Origin: Macrostomum lignano
Taxonomy: Eukaryota
Direction: 5' to 3'
Length of the DNA: 64,000 bases
Assembly (NCBI GenBank): GCA_002269645.1
Contig: NIVC01000597.1
Coordinates: forward strand, 175,553-239,552
Under the pieces are notes generated by a model. It had not been told where the DNA came from. It saw only the letters and a list, made by a program, of their open reading frames with translations, and ran no database searches. Within the stretch, counting starts at the first letter, position 1. Every line of letters starts with the position of its first letter. Below are positions 61,248 to 64,000 of this stretch, piece by piece. The position numbers and the translations under genes are program-made.

Positions 61248-63306
61248 ATGGGCCAGTCTCTATCCGAGCCTGTCACCGCCAAAGAGACGTCGTTGAAACA
61301 GACCGCCAACCTGCTGATTGGCTCGTCCGCAATGCAGGGCTGGCGGCCGCGGATGGAGGACGCGCACGCCGTCCACACGCGGCTGTCGTCGCCGGCGCCG
61401 CCAGCGGTTCCCCGGCCAGCCGCAGCCCAGCCGGCCGTCACCTACGCCGGCGTCTTCGACGGCCACGGCGGTGCGAAGGTGGCCAGGTACGCTGCTGAGC
61501 ATCTTCACCGCCGACTGGCTGCCGCCGGCGCCGCCGCGCCGCTGTCAGAGTCATCGTCCCCGGACGCCGTCGAACCAATCCGGGCCGCCTTTCTGGAAGT
61601 CGACCGCGATCTACGGCTTCGACGGGCTGACGGCGGCGCTGGATCCACCGCGCTGGTCCTCCTTGTTGACGATTCGACCATCCGGTGCGCCAGTGTTGGT
61701 GACAGTCGCGCCGTACTGAGCGTGGCCGGCCGGCCGGTGCAACTCAGCCGCGACCACCATCCGGGTGCTTCCGCCGAGAGGGCCCGCATCTTGGCCGCCG
61801 GTGGTCGCGTTGTCGGCGGCCGAGTGAACGGCCGATTGGCTATCAGCCGAGCTTTGGGTGACTTCTCGTTCAAACGCAGCGGTAAACGGCCGCCCTCTGA
61901 ACAGATGGTCACAGGTGAGCGAAACTGATCAAATTAGTTATAGCTAGCTATGCTACGGCTTCCTCGTCCTGTATATTTGAATTTGAACACAAAATTCGCA
62001 TTTTTTTAGTTGGCAATTAAAAAAGCTAAGTTGCCTACTATCAGTAGTGTAAGTATGTTTTTTCTTTACTGTATAATTGCAGTGAAGCTTCAGACTAAAA
62101 CTATTTTTTTCATCTAACAAATGCCATTGCAGCCGATCCAAGTGTTTGTGTTCAAACCATCACGGATTCGATGGAGTTCGTCGTGATGGCCAGCGACGGA
62201 GTCTGGGAAGTCATGTCCAATCAGGAAGTGGTGAGCTTTGTGCGCTCTCGTCTGGCTCGCGGAATGAATCCGGATGCGGTAAGCTCCAACTGCAATGCTA
62301 ACCATAGACATCAGACCATAGACAATAAACTATTGACACTAGATCATAGACATCAGACCATAGACAATAAACTATTGACACTAGATCATAGACATCAGAC
62401 CATAGACTATAAACTATTGACACTAGATCATAGACATCAGACCATAGACAATAAACTATTGACACTAGATCATAGACATCAGACCATAGACAATAAACTA
62501 TTGACACTAGATCATAGACATCAGACCATAGACAATAAACTATTGACACTAGATCATAGACATCAGACCATAGACAATAAACTATTGACACTAGATCATA
62601 GACATCAGACCATAGACTATAAACTATTGACACTAGATCATAGACATCAGACCATAGACAATAAACTATTGACACTAGATCATAGACATCAGACCATAGA
62701 CAATAAACTATTGACACTAGATCATAGACATCAGACCATAGACTATAAACTATTGACACTAGATCATAGACATCAGACCATAGACAATAAACTATTGACA
62801 CTAGATAATAGACATCAGACCATAGACTATAAACTATTGACACTAGATCATAGACATCGGATCATAGACAAACTATTGACACCATAGATAGATAATAGAC
62901 ATCAGACCATAGACACTAGACCACAGACTCCAGACCATAGACTACCGACCACCCTAAGAGTGAATAGGGTGACATTTATAGTTAAGATGCATTCTAATTA
63001 CATTTTGCCCATTGCAACAAAAATCGTCAGGTGTGCGAGGCTCTCCTAGACCACTGCCTAGCGCCCGATCGTCACAACGGCCGCACAGGCAAGGACAACA
63101 TAACGGCCATCATTGTTGGCTTGCTGCACGGCCGCGGCAGCAGCGGCCTGTTTGAGGCCTGCGCCAAGCCCTTCGCCGCAGTCGCTGACGCTGCCGTTGC
63201 AGCCATCGCCGCTGCTGCCACCGCCGCTGCTGCGGCCGGAGCCGTTGCCACCACTGCAGCCGTTACCACCGTTGCACCAAAATCAGCTCCTAAGGTCAAA
63301 GCCTAA
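61248..63306 (+). CDS. Protein phosphatase 2C (PPM family; Ptc2/Ptc3-like), 3 exons, ~362 aa
   Basis: Exons 61248-61914, 62133-62278 and 63031-63306 (phases 1 and 0). MGQSLSEPVTAKET N-terminus, SAMQGWRPRMEDAH, VFDGHGG, VGDSRAVL, SRALGD, ASDGVWEV, GKDNIT; all metal-binding Asp residues present. Confidence 0.93.
62300..62945. repeat. Minisatellite, 42-bp unit (CCATAGACAATAAACTATTGACACTAGATCATAGACATCAGA), PP2C intron 2
   Basis: About 14 copies. Confidence 0.95.
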
Positions 63307-64000
63307 CCGTGGCTAACATGGCTGTGTGTGCGTAAGCGCCTGTGTTTCGCTAACTGGAATCATTTAGCCATTCCGAACTCGGGCAGTTCGAATGACGACG
63401 CGCATGTTAAATAAGATCATTAGCACATCATTCTGTATCTATTGGCAACATCCTTGCGATAGTTTCTCTTTGTGTGAAATAATATTTTAAACGACAGCTT
63501 CTTTTTATTTAAAAAGTAACCAACAGTGCTATACGCGATACCCTCAGACTATTGCGCATCATTCTTGGAAATAAGCTTCTTTTTTGAGTGTGCGCTTGCA
63601 GCTACTACTAGGAGTAGTGCTCCTTCTAATACCTGTTATTTGTAATGCGAAATGCGCTGGTAATGCCTCTTGTTTTTAGTTTGCATTTTTTGTCTGTGTT
63701 GAATTTTTAGATTTTATCGAACTCATGCCTTCTTGCCCTTGGCAATGGCGCACAAAAGTTGCAATCTTTTCACTTAAAAATTACATTTTTCTAACAATAT
63801 CTAACAATAAACAACAGTAGCGCGCCACAGGGCCAGAAGTCTGGTCTAATTCAAATAAAAATTTGTTATAAAAATATCTTTTCTCAAACCTGCGCTTTTA
63901 CTTTACAAAAGAAGCGAATGTTTAAACAAATCTATAGCTTTCGCCGCTGCTAACAAACTACTTATTTTATTTACAAACAACTGAGCTCTTGCGATAAAAG

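Noticed and set aside
62279-62887. PP2C exon 2 reading through into (HRHQTIDNKLLTLD)n
   Set aside because: A canonical donor GCG|GTAAGC and an in-phase exon 3 carrying the essential DNIT motif show this is an intron.
1-62945. Regular repeat arrays as CRISPR loci
   Set aside because: Units are contiguous with no unique spacers, there are no cas genes, and the context is a spliced eukaryotic genome.

Overview
Eukaryotic (animal) genomic DNA. GC-rich exons sit in AT-rich DNA packed with minisatellites. The style suggests a free-living flatworm such as Macrostomum, but this is inference only. Seven spliced protein-coding genes were reconstructed by hand with phase-checked GT-AG junctions: kynurenine formamidase (AFMID, -), a partial SRPBCC/START-like gene (+), LIN37 (-), FBF1 (+, 10 coding exons), an MFSD4-like MFS transporter with a large mucin-like insert (-), a furin-like proprotein convertase (-, one junction unresolved) and a PP2C phosphatase (+). 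Mobile DNA comprises a 3.9-kb Chapaev-like element with 322-bp TIRs and a nonsense-disrupted transposase, a Tc1-like deletion derivative, and several hAT-type or other MITEs. About 30 different tandem arrays are present, and 18 of the 22 reconstructed introns carry one. Most long ORF-track hits are artefacts of these arrays. No rRNA, tRNA or CRISPR array was seen. I found no clearly new multi-gene system. The most notable signals are the inverted minisatellite pair bracketing one FBF1 exon, the mucin-loop transporter, the intron-minisatellite architecture (helical-turn unit lengths, shared seeds, MITE carriers) and the Chapaev-like element. Repeat boundaries are approximate.
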